NCBI GenBank assembly: GCA_020725175.1
Contig: DYFM01000001.1
Span: 65,504 to 129,503, forward strand
Source: Candidatus Paceibacter sp.
GTDB taxonomy: Bacteria > Patescibacteriota > Patescibacteriia > Magasanikbacterales > UBA922
Length of the DNA stretch: 64,000 nucleotides
Direction: 5' to 3'
Positions 28,246-37,333 of this stretch are shown here, piece by piece (position 1 is the first letter of the stretch; the number at the start of each line of letters is the position of its first letter). A program made the translations under genes and the position numbers. The notes beneath the pieces are model-generated. The model searched no databases. It saw only the letters and a list, made by a program, of their open reading frames with translations, and had not been told where the DNA came from.

Positions 28246-30519
28246 TTATTGTAATGGGAGGGAGTATACAATATTATTGTCGGTGACATATAGAGTTTGT
28301 CTCTCCACATCAATCACCATATCACTCGGCTGCTGCCACTCAGTGGCGGTGAGTTGTTTGATAAACTTACCATCTTTGGTAAAGAGGAGAATTCGTTTGT
28401 TGGTTGGTTCTAGGATGTAGAGCGTGTTATTTTCAGTGTTAGTCCAGATGACGGTAGGGTTGGTAAGTGCCGGGTCAACTGACGCGAGGGAGAAAGGTTG
28501 GATTGTTCCACGGTGTAATTTTAGTACATCTCCACGAGATCGAAGAACATATACATCACCATCAATTGTGAGGGAGACTGCGTCAGTCAGGTCAGCGGTT
28601 GTGTCTTGCACCCAGGCCGTACCTTTATCATAACCGATTTGTGTGCGGTTGTGCTTGTATATTTGATTGTTTGTTGGGTCTACAGTATATAATTTATCAT
28701 TGTATATATCAAAAGTAACAATAGAAGTATCAGTGTTTGGAAAAGCGATATCACGAGGGGCTACGGTATTATTTGCTTTAGAATAGCCGGCAATGGTCAT
28801 TGGGCCGGAAAGGAAGATGAGCTGCTCAGTTTCTTTGGCATATACACTGTCTGTCAAAGTCGGAATGATGTCATGCGATACGGTATCAACCCGCTCAATA
28901 CTAGGTTGATACATATACAGTACCGGGTCATGTACTCCAAAGAGTACGATGTCTGAGCCGATTCGAGCGATACTTGTTGCCTTGGCTTCAGGATATTGTT
29001 CTGACAGGGTAAGAACTGGGGTAGGGGTTACGATCTCTTGTTTTCTTAGGCGCTGAAGCAAGGACTCTATTTCTGCGGTTAAAGAAGTTATCTGGTTTTT
29101 TTGCTCTTCGGTTTGGGAAGGGAGTTCCGTTATTTTTCCTTCCGCTGTCTGAAGAAGAGATAGTGCTTTCACGTTGTCATTGTACACCAGCTTAGTATCG
29201 GCTTCTTCTTTGAGTTGTCGAATTTCATCAACCAGTACCAGATACGCCCGTTCTTTTGCTTCTCGTTGCTCTTTTACCTTGAGATACGCAATACTTCCGA
29301 CAAACAGTACGGCAAAGGTTCCAATAGCGACTAAAAGGATTTTACTGACAAGAGACATTTTTCTTACCGCGCGTTTTCGATATTCCAGACGTTCCTTGAA
29401 TCGTCCGACTATTTCTTTTCGGCTGTTGTTTTTGTTGGTAATTAAGATAACCAGCATAATGGCCCCACGACCAATCATCATGGCTAAATACTTGAGAGCG
29501 GTACCGATTCCAATTGCGAGGTTTACCAATCCTCTTCCGATAATGACGAGGATCCGATTGAATAGAGTTTCGGCTGGTGTTGATGCTCCTTTTCGATAAT
29601 TGGTTTCGGAATTTGCTGTCGTTCGGTGTGGAGTTGGGTGTGTAGACTTGAGCAACTGTTTTCGAGGTATTTTTTCTGGCGGAAGGGCTTCTTCTTGTTG
29701 CCAGCGATCTTTAATACGAGAACGCATACCTTTTAACAGTGGAGGGGAAAGTGTTTCTTCGGTGTGTTGTTGGGCGGAAATTAAATTGTTGAGAGAAGTG
29801 ACTGAGCCTTGGGTGTGTTTTGGAATTGGTTTTCCGGTACGTGGGGAAACCGCGTGTGTGGAAACGTGGAAGACTATGCCGCCAAAAGATTTTTCATCTC
29901 CAATATCATGCAATACTCGTCCGATGTGTTCGGCACTGTCTCGAGGGCTGCGTGAAGAAAGGATTTTTTGCAATCGGTCGTAAGCAAAGTGATCGGTAAC
30001 GCAGGGTGTACCGATAAACACCACATCATGATCACCCAGATTACCCTCAAGGGTAGAAGAAAACAATTGCCGTTCATCTTCAGGATTATGCTGATCTAAA
30101 ATATTTAATCGCTCAACCCCTTCTTGTCCTTGATAAAAAATGAGCGCATGAACATCGCCGCGATAAGAAAATGTCAGTTTATTTTCCAGAACATTCCCAA
30201 TAACACAATGAATGCGAGCATGATGTGAAGGGTCGTTGAGGTGCGCACCTTTTCGGTTGGCATACTCAAGAGCTAGTTCAAAGGCGCTTTTGTCGGCGGT
30301 ATCATCCATTTGGTAAAAACCGGTTTCTATTTCATTGATAATTTGCTGCAATTCTTCTATGTGTTCTCGTGTTCCTTCTTCAATTTCCACCAACGCAAAA
30401 AAGTACCCTTTTTGTCGCTCTTTTGGGGTAGACGGTTCGGTAATGTGGAGGAGAACATGCGACAAATCGGGATTTTTCCCTTCCACAAAAAATTCACTCA
30501 ATTCAATGGACCCAGGCAT
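28246..30519 (-). CDS. Membrane protein: degenerate PP2C-like N-terminal domain, TM helix, extracellular beta-propeller (NHL-like)
   Basis: GYFFALVEI...RGDVHALI...GDHDVVFIGT resembles a PP2C fold; TM LLVAIGTFAVLFVGSIAYL; repeated LYxxDP/EPxNxxI blades. Confidence 0.7.
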   Translation of the reverse strand: MPGSIELSEFFVEGKNPDLSHVLLHITEPSTPKERQKGYFFALVEIEEGTREHIEELQQIINEIETGFYQMDDTADKSAFELALEYANRKGAHLNDPSHHARIHCVIGNVLENKLTFSYRGDVHALIFYQGQEGVERLNILDQHNPEDERQLFSSTLEGNLGDHDVVFIGTPCVTDHFAYDRLQKILSSRSPRDSAEHIGRVLHDIGDEKSFGGIVFHVSTHAVSPRTGKPIPKHTQGSVTSLNNLISAQQHTEETLSPPLLKGMRSRIKDRWQQEEALPPEKIPRKQLLKSTHPTPHRTTANSETNYRKGASTPAETLFNRILVIIGRGLVNLAIGIGTALKYLAMMIGRGAIMLVILITNKNNSRKEIVGRFKERLEYRKRAVRKMSLVSKILLVAIGTFAVLFVGSIAYLKVKEQREAKERAYLVLVDEIRQLKEEADTKLVYNDNVKALSLLQTAEGKITELPSQTEEQKNQITSLTAEIESLLQRLRKQEIVTPTPVLTLSEQYPEAKATSIARIGSDIVLFGVHDPVLYMYQPSIERVDTVSHDIIPTLTDSVYAKETEQLIFLSGPMTIAGYSKANNTVAPRDIAFPNTDTSIVTFDIYNDKLYTVDPTNNQIYKHNRTQIGYDKGTAWVQDTTADLTDAVSLTIDGDVYVLRSRGDVLKLHRGTIQPFSLASVDPALTNPTVIWTNTENNTLYILEPTNKRILLFTKDGKFIKQLTATEWQQPSDMVIDVERQTLYVTDNNIVYSLPLQ

Positions 30520-30538
30520 AAAATCTTTTCGCTAGGCT

Positions 30539-30567
30539 TTGACATTTTTTACTAAGACAAGTATACT
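30539..30567 (+). promoter_or_regulatory. Sigma70-type promoter
   Basis: TTGACA-N17-TATACT, about 190 nt before ATG 30758. Confidence 0.7.
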
Positions 30568-30603
30568 ATATTTGCATAATTTGGACAATAGCAATCTGCA
30601 TAT

Positions 30604-30717
30604 GTATATGCGAACATACGAACTGTGAGTACGAACATACGAACTACGAACTGACGAATTTTATATTTCGGTTCGTAGTTCGTATGTTCGTACTTGTTTT
30701 TCGTACGTTCGTACATA
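30604..30717. repeat. Palindrome built of ACGAAC(AT) tandem units
   Basis: Perfect 24-bp inverted repeat 30628-30651 / 30671-30694 plus imperfect outer arms. Confidence 0.9.
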
Positions 30718-30757
30718 ACATTATTCTGATTTTCTTTACTTCTCAACTTGATGTAAT

Positions 30758-31366
30758 ATGCTTGAACACCTCTTTGGTTCAAAGACACGATTAAAGCTGT
30801 TGAAGTTATTTTTTGCTGAACCAGAAAAGTCGTTTTATGTCCGTGAATTGACTCGATTACTGGATGTGCAGATAAATGCCGTACGAAGAGAGCTCGAACT
30901 TCTGATAGCAGCAAAATTACTGATTGAAAGTGAAGGAGAGACAGAAAAAAAAGAAGAGGCAGATGATAAAAAAGCCGGTCTAAATTTGCGAAAGTATTAT
31001 CGATTGAATACTGAGTCAATTTTGTATCCAGAGTTACAAGCACTTCTATTGAAAGCACAGGTCTTAGGAGAGCAGAAGTTTATCGATGAGTTGAAGGCAA
31101 AAGCCGGCGATATGAAGCTTCTTTTGGTCACCGGGCGTTTTACGAATGATGAACGAGCAAAGACAGACTTGTTGATTGTCGGGGATATTGAAGAAAAAGC
31201 GGTCGCATCGGTAGTGGCGCGTCATGAAAAAGAATTTGGATTTGAAATTCGCTATACGATCATGACGGAAAAAGAATTTTATGAGCGTCGTCATATGATG
31301 GATAAATTTTTGTACTCGTTGTTTGAAGCGAATCACATGCGGGTAGTGGATTTGTTGAAAGTTTGA
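30758..31366 (+). CDS. Winged-HTH regulator with nucleotidyltransferase-like C-terminus
   Basis: LFGSKTRLKLL..FYVRELTR..INAVRRELE; C-terminal GRF..TDLLIVGD. Confidence 0.8.
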   Translation: MLEHLFGSKTRLKLLKLFFAEPEKSFYVRELTRLLDVQINAVRRELELLIAAKLLIESEGETEKKEEADDKKAGLNLRKYYRLNTESILYPELQALLLKAQVLGEQKFIDELKAKAGDMKLLLVTGRFTNDERAKTDLLIVGDIEEKAVASVVARHEKEFGFEIRYTIMTEKEFYERRHMMDKFLYSLFEANHMRVVDLLKV

Positions 31367-31379
31367 AACTATACGTCAT

Positions 31380-31778
31380 ATGTATGTACTCATCGACATG
31401 TCAGAGCAAGACCTTATCCGGTTGTCATTGTTCAATGAAGTAGAGGTCTATACAAGAGAGTTCTCAGAACGGAATCGGGAACTTCTTTTTTGTATTGATA
31501 GTTTTCTGCGTGAAACGGGTGTTCAAAAAGATGTGTTGCGAGGGATTGGTGTGGTAGTTGGAAGCGGATCGTTTACAAGTACGCGAATCGCGGTAACGAT
31601 GGCGAATACGTTTGGATACGCACTCAATATTCCGTTGTTAGCAATAAAAAAAGAGGAGCTTGGCTCGTTACCTTCATTGTTGAAGCGTATTCAAGCGCAA
31701 CCGGTGGGACAGTATATTTCTGCTACCTATAGTGGGGAGCCGAATGTTGGTTCTCAAAATAAAGAAATAGAGAAATAA
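31380..31778 (+). CDS. tsaB: TsaB (t6A37 dimerisation subunit), short form
   Basis: LID.S, GIGVVVGSGSFTSTRIAVTMANTFGYALNIPL. Confidence 0.85.
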   Translation: MYVLIDMSEQDLIRLSLFNEVEVYTREFSERNRELLFCIDSFLRETGVQKDVLRGIGVVVGSGSFTSTRIAVTMANTFGYALNIPLLAIKKEELGSLPSLLKRIQAQPVGQYISATYSGEPNVGSQNKEIEK

Positions 31779-31984
31779 AGAAACAAAATGTGATGTGTTT
31801 AAAGTAAACGGAAGACTGCTAGTTATTTCATAATTTCTTTTATTTATTTGTTTCATTTTTTCTAAACAAAATGCATTACTGGTTGATTAGTTTTTAGGTG
31901 TTAGTGGTGATAGCTTTTTGTATGTCATACCTTGTTATATAGTTTGTTGTTTTATTGTTTTTTTACCTCGCTTCACTTATCATT

Positions 31985-33463
31985 ATGTCCGACTACCTCC
32001 GTTACCGAATGTATGAAATACTCCCCGGACTCACCATTTGGTTGACGTTAATTTTGAGCATCTATCTTTCTTTTGCGCACCCCCTCATCATGATTTACTT
32101 TATTATTATTTTTGATATTTACTGGGTTCTAAAAGTACTAAATTTTGCATTCTACTTATTGATTTCATGGCGACGGTATTCTGTGGTAAAAAAAACTAAC
32201 TGGCGGAAGAAGCTCAAAGAAATTACGGCGGATGACACGAAACGCCATGTGGTTTTTTTAACATTGTACAACGAGTCTTGGGAGGTGGTGCAGTCGGCGA
32301 TACAGAGTATATGTGACGCGGCTTTTGACGCGAGAAGGTTTGTCATCGTCATTGCCGGTGAGGCTCGACAAGAAGCACACTACCTGGAGATTTTCGCAAA
32401 CGTACAAAAAACCTTTGGTCATTGTTTTGGCGATATTGTAGGAACACTTCATCCTGTAAACTTACCTGATGAAATTCCAGGTAAAGGGTCAAACCTTCAT
32501 TATTCAGAACAACAAATGAAGCAGTATATAGACCAAAAAGGGTGGAATTATGACGATGTCATTGTAACTATTTTTGATATTGATACGATTTGTCATCCGG
32601 AATATTTTGCATATCTGACCTATCTTTATGCGACACATCCACGTCCAACTCACACGTCATTTCAGCCGATTGCACTTTACAACAATAATATGTGGGAATC
32701 ACAAGCGCCTCTTCGCACAATGGCGTTTGGAACGACATTTTGGATGATGATGTCACTCGCTCGACAGGATTCTCTCGTCACGTTTTCTTCTCACTCTATG
32801 AGTTTTACCGCTCTGGTGAAGGCTGGATTTCATGATAAGCGGATCGTGAGTGAAGATTCACGGATTTTTTATCAATGCTTTTTGGCCTACAATGGAGACT
32901 ACGAGGTTTCTCCCATGTATATTCCGGTTTCGATGGATACCGTGCGAGATGATAGCTGGTGGAAGAGTATTAAAAACTTGTACAAGCAACAACGTCGTTG
33001 GGCTTGGGGAACGGAGCATATTCCATTTTTACTGTGGGAGTTTCGTAAAAAGAAACATGAGATTCCGCTCTGGAAACGGATCAAGTGGATTTTTATTGAA
33101 TGGGAAGGGAAATGGTCATGGGCAACGGTTGCTATACTCATTACAGTACTCGGGAGATTGCCAATGTATTTGGCCGGGGATGAAGTACGGCAAACTGCCC
33201 TTTATTTCAATGCTCCACATATGCTACAATGGCTTATGACGATCGCCATGCTCGGGCTATTTTTATCGGCAGTTCTCAGTTTTCCACTCCTCCCGAAACG
33301 TCCCAAAAGCCATCCGCGACATCGGTATATTATGATGGTGCTCCAGTGGCTGTTGTTGCCAATTTCCATGATTTTTTTGAGTGCAATTCCGGCGATTGAT
33401 GCGGTGACACATATGATGTTTGGAAAATATCTTGGTTTCAATGTTTCACAAAAGAAAAGATGA
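31985..33463 (+). CDS. Membrane-integrated GT2 glycosyltransferase
   Basis: LYNE, GKGSN, DID, SED, QQRRW (QxxRW), several TM helices. Confidence 0.9.
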   Translation: MSDYLRYRMYEILPGLTIWLTLILSIYLSFAHPLIMIYFIIIFDIYWVLKVLNFAFYLLISWRRYSVVKKTNWRKKLKEITADDTKRHVVFLTLYNESWEVVQSAIQSICDAAFDARRFVIVIAGEARQEAHYLEIFANVQKTFGHCFGDIVGTLHPVNLPDEIPGKGSNLHYSEQQMKQYIDQKGWNYDDVIVTIFDIDTICHPEYFAYLTYLYATHPRPTHTSFQPIALYNNNMWESQAPLRTMAFGTTFWMMMSLARQDSLVTFSSHSMSFTALVKAGFHDKRIVSEDSRIFYQCFLAYNGDYEVSPMYIPVSMDTVRDDSWWKSIKNLYKQQRRWAWGTEHIPFLLWEFRKKKHEIPLWKRIKWIFIEWEGKWSWATVAILITVLGRLPMYLAGDEVRQTALYFNAPHMLQWLMTIAMLGLFLSAVLSFPLLPKRPKSHPRHRYIMMVLQWLLLPISMIFLSAIPAIDAVTHMMFGKYLGFNVSQKKR

Positions 33464-33585
33464 ATTGGGAAATTCCAAATAATAAGTTCCAATTTCCAAT
33501 GGTTATAGAATGAGAACAGTACGGCAAAAAAGATATTACTTGTTGGAAATTGTAATTTGTAATGTGGAAATTATTTTTACGTTGT

Positions 33586-35055
33586 ATGTTTGTCCATCGT
33601 CAAGAAAAAAGGAAATTGTGGTCGTATGTGTTGGGTATTTTTCTGGTTACTTTAGTGGCTATAGGTATTGGTGGATATTTGTGGGTAAAAACATTGACAT
33701 TTGATTCGGTTCTCAACTCTTCGTTTGTTCAAGAGCAGGTGAAACAAAAGTTGGGAACGAATGAAGCGGAACTGTTTGATCTTCTGCCGCGGGTATTGGG
33801 TTTTACCGAACCACAAACGTATTTGTTGTTGTTTTTGAATAATACCGAAATGAGACCAGGTGGCGGGTTTATTGGTTCGTATGCTACCATACATGTTGAA
33901 AAGGGACAGGTGCAAATTCTTGCTCTTGAAGGTTCGGAAGTATTGGATAAACAAACGCCAGCTGATTGGCGACCGACACCGCCACTGCCAATTAGCCAGC
34001 ATCTCGGAGTAGATCGATGGTATTTTCGGGATAGTAATTGGTCGCCGGATTTTTCGGAATCGGCTAAAAAAACATTGGAATTGTATTCTGGTGAAGGTGG
34101 GGTAGCAGCCAAAGAAATTGATGCGGTGATCGGGGTAACCACTTCTGTGCTCGAAGATATATTGCGTTTGACCGGTCCGATTGTTGTACAAGGAATAACA
34201 TTTACTCCGGAAAATGTTACCGAGACGCTACAATATGAAACAAATTATGGGTTCGGTGACCGCGGGATTGCGTTTATTGATCGAAAACAAATTTTAAAAC
34301 CCTTTGCAGAGGTGGTTATGAAAAAAATTCGACAAGATATTTTTTCTTCTTATCGTACCTACATAGACACAGCCTTTCGATTGGCCAACGAAAAACAAGT
34401 GATGGTCTATACAACAAATGCGGAAATAAACAAGCTCATAGAAAAACAAAATTGGGGCGGTAAAGTACATAGCACAGATGGTGATTTTCTTATGTGGGTG
34501 GATGCTAATTTAGCTGCATTAAAAACCGATCACGCGCTTCGTCGGTCATTACTGTATGATATTTCGGTTGATCCGGAGGGGAAGTATCTTGCTAAAGCTG
34601 CAATGACGTATCAACATACAGGAACGTTTGATTGGCGGACCAGTCGATATCGAACCTACACGAGAATTTTTGTCCCTCCCGGTTCGGTATTGCGAGAGGT
34701 GCGTGGACATGTACGCTGGGACCGAACAAATGATCCGGGGACGGTGGAGCAGGGAGAAGAGCTGGGGAAACAGTGGTTTGGAACATTTACCGCTATTGAG
34801 CCTGGTGAAACCAAAACACTAGAGTTTATTTATGAACTTTCTCCTCAGATAGTTAACGACATAAAGGCCGGTGTGTACCAGCTGGTTGTACAAAAACAAC
34901 CAGGAACAATTGCGCATGGTTTGACGCTCAGGCTTGATTTTGATAAGCTATTAACCGGCGCAAAACCGGCTGAGTTTCCGGACGAGTGGGGGGATGATAG
35001 ATATGTGGTAGAGTCGGATTTGCGAGTGGATCGGGAGTTTTTTGTACATTTCTAA
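33586..35055 (+). CDS. DUF4012 domain protein
   Basis: TM anchor; YLLLFLNNTEMRPGGGFIGSY; RDSNWSPDF; QKQPG. Confidence 0.88.
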   Translation: MFVHRQEKRKLWSYVLGIFLVTLVAIGIGGYLWVKTLTFDSVLNSSFVQEQVKQKLGTNEAELFDLLPRVLGFTEPQTYLLLFLNNTEMRPGGGFIGSYATIHVEKGQVQILALEGSEVLDKQTPADWRPTPPLPISQHLGVDRWYFRDSNWSPDFSESAKKTLELYSGEGGVAAKEIDAVIGVTTSVLEDILRLTGPIVVQGITFTPENVTETLQYETNYGFGDRGIAFIDRKQILKPFAEVVMKKIRQDIFSSYRTYIDTAFRLANEKQVMVYTTNAEINKLIEKQNWGGKVHSTDGDFLMWVDANLAALKTDHALRRSLLYDISVDPEGKYLAKAAMTYQHTGTFDWRTSRYRTYTRIFVPPGSVLREVRGHVRWDRTNDPGTVEQGEELGKQWFGTFTAIEPGETKTLEFIYELSPQIVNDIKAGVYQLVVQKQPGTIAHGLTLRLDFDKLLTGAKPAEFPDEWGDDRYVVESDLRVDREFFVHF

Positions 35056-35177
35056 TTCCTCATTCACTTAGTTTCTAAAGTGTCAAATACTACAGTTGCT
35101 CATGCTGAATCTTACAATAATTATTTGTTAGAACCGTAAGTTCAAACAGAAGAAAAACAGATATGGTCAGATCTTTT

Positions 35178-35312
35178 AATCCGCCCACAGCCCCAGGCGT
35201 GCACAGCAAGGCGGACGAGGGTCTTATTCCCACTAGCTTGCTACGGATTTTCCCATAGTGATACCCTGTCCGCTTCCACCCTAGGCGTACATGTGTGGCG
35301 GGGAAATTCATT
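35178..35312 (+). ncRNA. Unassigned structured element, copy 1
   Basis: Homologous to 46901-47019; stems TCCGCC/GGCGGA and GGGT/ACCC; ends GCGGGGAAATTCATT. Confidence 0.6.
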
Positions 35313-35415
35313 ATGGGAATTTCATTAGAAATTAGACAGTAGATGAGTTAGGAGTTAACAATTTTCCTATTGTTACTATGAAGATTTATACTGATCAGAA
35401 AGACTCTTTTATTCT

Positions 35416-36423
35416 ATGTTGATCAAAAAGGTAGCCATCGACCTTGGTACAACCAATGTGCTTGTCCACGTTCCCAAACGTGGTATTGTGATTAATGAGC
35501 CTTCGGTGGTGGCAGTTTCAAAAGAGGATGGAAAGATTTTGGCGGTTGGGGCTGAGGCAAAAGACATGATTGGTCGAACTCCGGATACTATTGTAGCTGA
35601 AAGACCGCTCAAAGATGGAGTAATTGCCAATTATCGTACCACAGAAGCTATGTTGCGATATTTTATTAACAAAGCAATTGGTGGAATTCGCTTATTTCGA
35701 CCGGAAGTAATGGTGGCGGTACCGGCCGGAATTACTTCTACCGAACGACGTGCGGTAATAGACGCGGCTATGATGGCAGGAGCGAGAGCGGCGTATATTA
35801 TTAAAGAACCGATTGTGGCTGCGATAGGGGCTGATATTCCAATTGGTTCTGCTTCCGGGCACATGATTATTGATATTGGAGGAGGGACAGCGGAAATTGC
35901 AGTGATATCTCTCGGAGGTATTGTGTCTTGTGGTTCGGTGCGTATCGGTGGAACTCGTTTTGACGCGTCTATTTCTGAATACATCCGCAGAAAATACGGT
36001 GTTGCAATAGGTGATCGAACGGCAGAAGACATAAAAATAACTGTTGGTTCAGCTATGTTCATGGACGAGCCATTGAAAATGGAAATTAAGGGACGAGATA
36101 TGGTACTTGGATTGCCAAAAATTTTGGAAATTTCGTCTGACGATACAACGGAAGCACTCCAACATGATCTCGAAGGGCTTATTGAGGCGGTGAAAGAAGT
36201 GCTTCATAAAACTCCACCGGAATTATCGGCTGATGTAATGGATAAAGGAATTATTATGTCCGGTGGTTCAAGTCAGTTGAGAAATCTGGATGAACTTATT
36301 GCGCAAGCAACCGGGGTACCTTGTTATGTGGCCGATGAGCCATTACTTTGTGTGGCAAAAGGAACCGGTATTGCACTTGAAAATTTAGAAAATTACAAGC
36401 GGTCAATTATGGCAACGCGCTGA
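35416..36423 (+). CDS. mreB: Rod shape-determining protein MreB
   Basis: AIDLGTTN, NEPSVVA, RPLKDGVIA, DIGGGT, TPPELSAD, GGSSQL. Confidence 0.97.
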   Translation: MLIKKVAIDLGTTNVLVHVPKRGIVINEPSVVAVSKEDGKILAVGAEAKDMIGRTPDTIVAERPLKDGVIANYRTTEAMLRYFINKAIGGIRLFRPEVMVAVPAGITSTERRAVIDAAMMAGARAAYIIKEPIVAAIGADIPIGSASGHMIIDIGGGTAEIAVISLGGIVSCGSVRIGGTRFDASISEYIRRKYGVAIGDRTAEDIKITVGSAMFMDEPLKMEIKGRDMVLGLPKILEISSDDTTEALQHDLEGLIEAVKEVLHKTPPELSADVMDKGIIMSGGSSQLRNLDELIAQATGVPCYVADEPLLCVAKGTGIALENLENYKRSIMATR

Positions 36424-36503
36424 GGCGAAATTTCAAGAAACAAGTTACCTGTCTGCTGGCAGACACGGCAAGATACAAACAAAGTTCAAATTCAAAATCT
36501 GTG

Positions 36504-36533
36504 AAAAAATCCTGAGTTTTCTCAGGATTTTTT
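36504..36533. terminator. Bidirectional terminator between mreB and bcp
   Basis: AAAAAATCCTGAG-tttt-CTCAGGATTTTTT. Confidence 0.8.
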
Positions 36534-36603
36534 CTCTCAAGTTTATTTTCTTGCGTTAATTTTATACTAGAGACTTTTAAGCCCTTCCCGCATTTCAGGC
36601 ATT

Positions 36604-37068
36604 TTATGCCAACTCTTTCACATCTTGCAATACCTCATCCACATGGTTCTTCGGATTTACATTTTCGTAGTGTTTTACAATCTTTCCATTAGGATCAATC
36701 AAAAAAGATTCCCGTTTGATACCGATATATTTTTTTCCAAACATGGACTTCTCGCCTAATACTCCAAATTTTTCCAATACTTTTTTGTCGGTATCTGCTA
36801 AAAGCGGGAAATTCAGCTCCTGTTTTTCACAGAATTTCTTATGTGATTCGACAGTATCAGCACTCACTCCTACCACCATCACTCCTAGTTTGGAAAGTTG
36901 TTTCATGTTATCTCGAAACTGTTTGGCTTCAATAGTACATCCGGGGGTATTGTCTTTTGGGTAAAAATACAGTAAAAGCCAACTCCCGGCAAAATCTTTC
37001 AAGCTGTATTTTTTTCCATCTTGATCGGGAAGGATAAAAGACGGAGCTTTTTTGTTTACAAGTGACAT
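36604..37068 (-). CDS. bcp: Thioredoxin-dependent thiol peroxidase (BCP/PrxQ)
   Basis: YFYPKDNTPGCTIEA, RESFLID. Confidence 0.95.
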   Translation of the reverse strand: MSLVNKKAPSFILPDQDGKKYSLKDFAGSWLLLYFYPKDNTPGCTIEAKQFRDNMKQLSKLGVMVVGVSADTVESHKKFCEKQELNFPLLADTDKKVLEKFGVLGEKSMFGKKYIGIKRESFLIDPNGKIVKHYENVNPKNHVDEVLQDVKELA

Positions 37069-37141
37069 AGGGAAAATTGAAAAAAGATGAATATACAGGT
37101 ATAGTATCGCAAATGGTTTATTTGGGCAAGGTTTATTGTTT

Positions 37142-37302
37142 TAGATTGAGAAAGAGATAAAGATTGAGAATAAGATTAAGATTAAAATTGAGATTGAGAT
37201 TAAGATTGGGATAGAGATTAAGAATTGAGGGGTGTGTACAAGAATTAAGAATTTAGAATTAAGAATTGAGAATTGAGAATTGAGAATTGAGAATGTAGAA
37301 CT
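37142..37302. repeat. Compound tandem repeat: (AGATTR)n then (AGAATTR)n
   Basis: gattaagattaaaattgagattgagattaagatt, then aattgagaattgagaattgagaattgag. Confidence 0.9.
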
Positions 37303-37333
37303 ATGAAGGTTGAAAACATGAAGAGTATTATGT

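Noticed and set aside
30604-30717. CRISPR array or DGR template repeat
   Set aside because: Units are 7-8 nt with no unique spacers; no cas, reverse transcriptase or adenine-mismatched TR/VR pair was seen in the window.
30552-31058. 168-aa minus-strand ORF
   Set aside because: Antisense to the wHTH regulator, and partly a translation of the ACGAAC palindrome.
30758-31778. MNT-HEPN toxin-antitoxin pair
   Set aside because: The downstream gene is TsaB, and no HEPN partner is present.
35178-35312. glmS ribozyme or c-di-AMP riboswitch (GACGAGG core, proximity to cell-wall genes)
   Set aside because: Lacks the AGCGCC cleavage motif and ATCGA...TCGGCGG of glmS, and the GGGGTGAATC/CAGCTAACC blocks of ydaO. 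A candidate mreB extended -10 (TGTTACTAT, near 35371-35379) lies downstream of the element.
35313-35330. 3' flank of element copy 1 as a guide against the mraZ promoter (ATGGGAAT at 44824)
   Set aside because: Only an 8-nt match, expected by chance in 64 kb.
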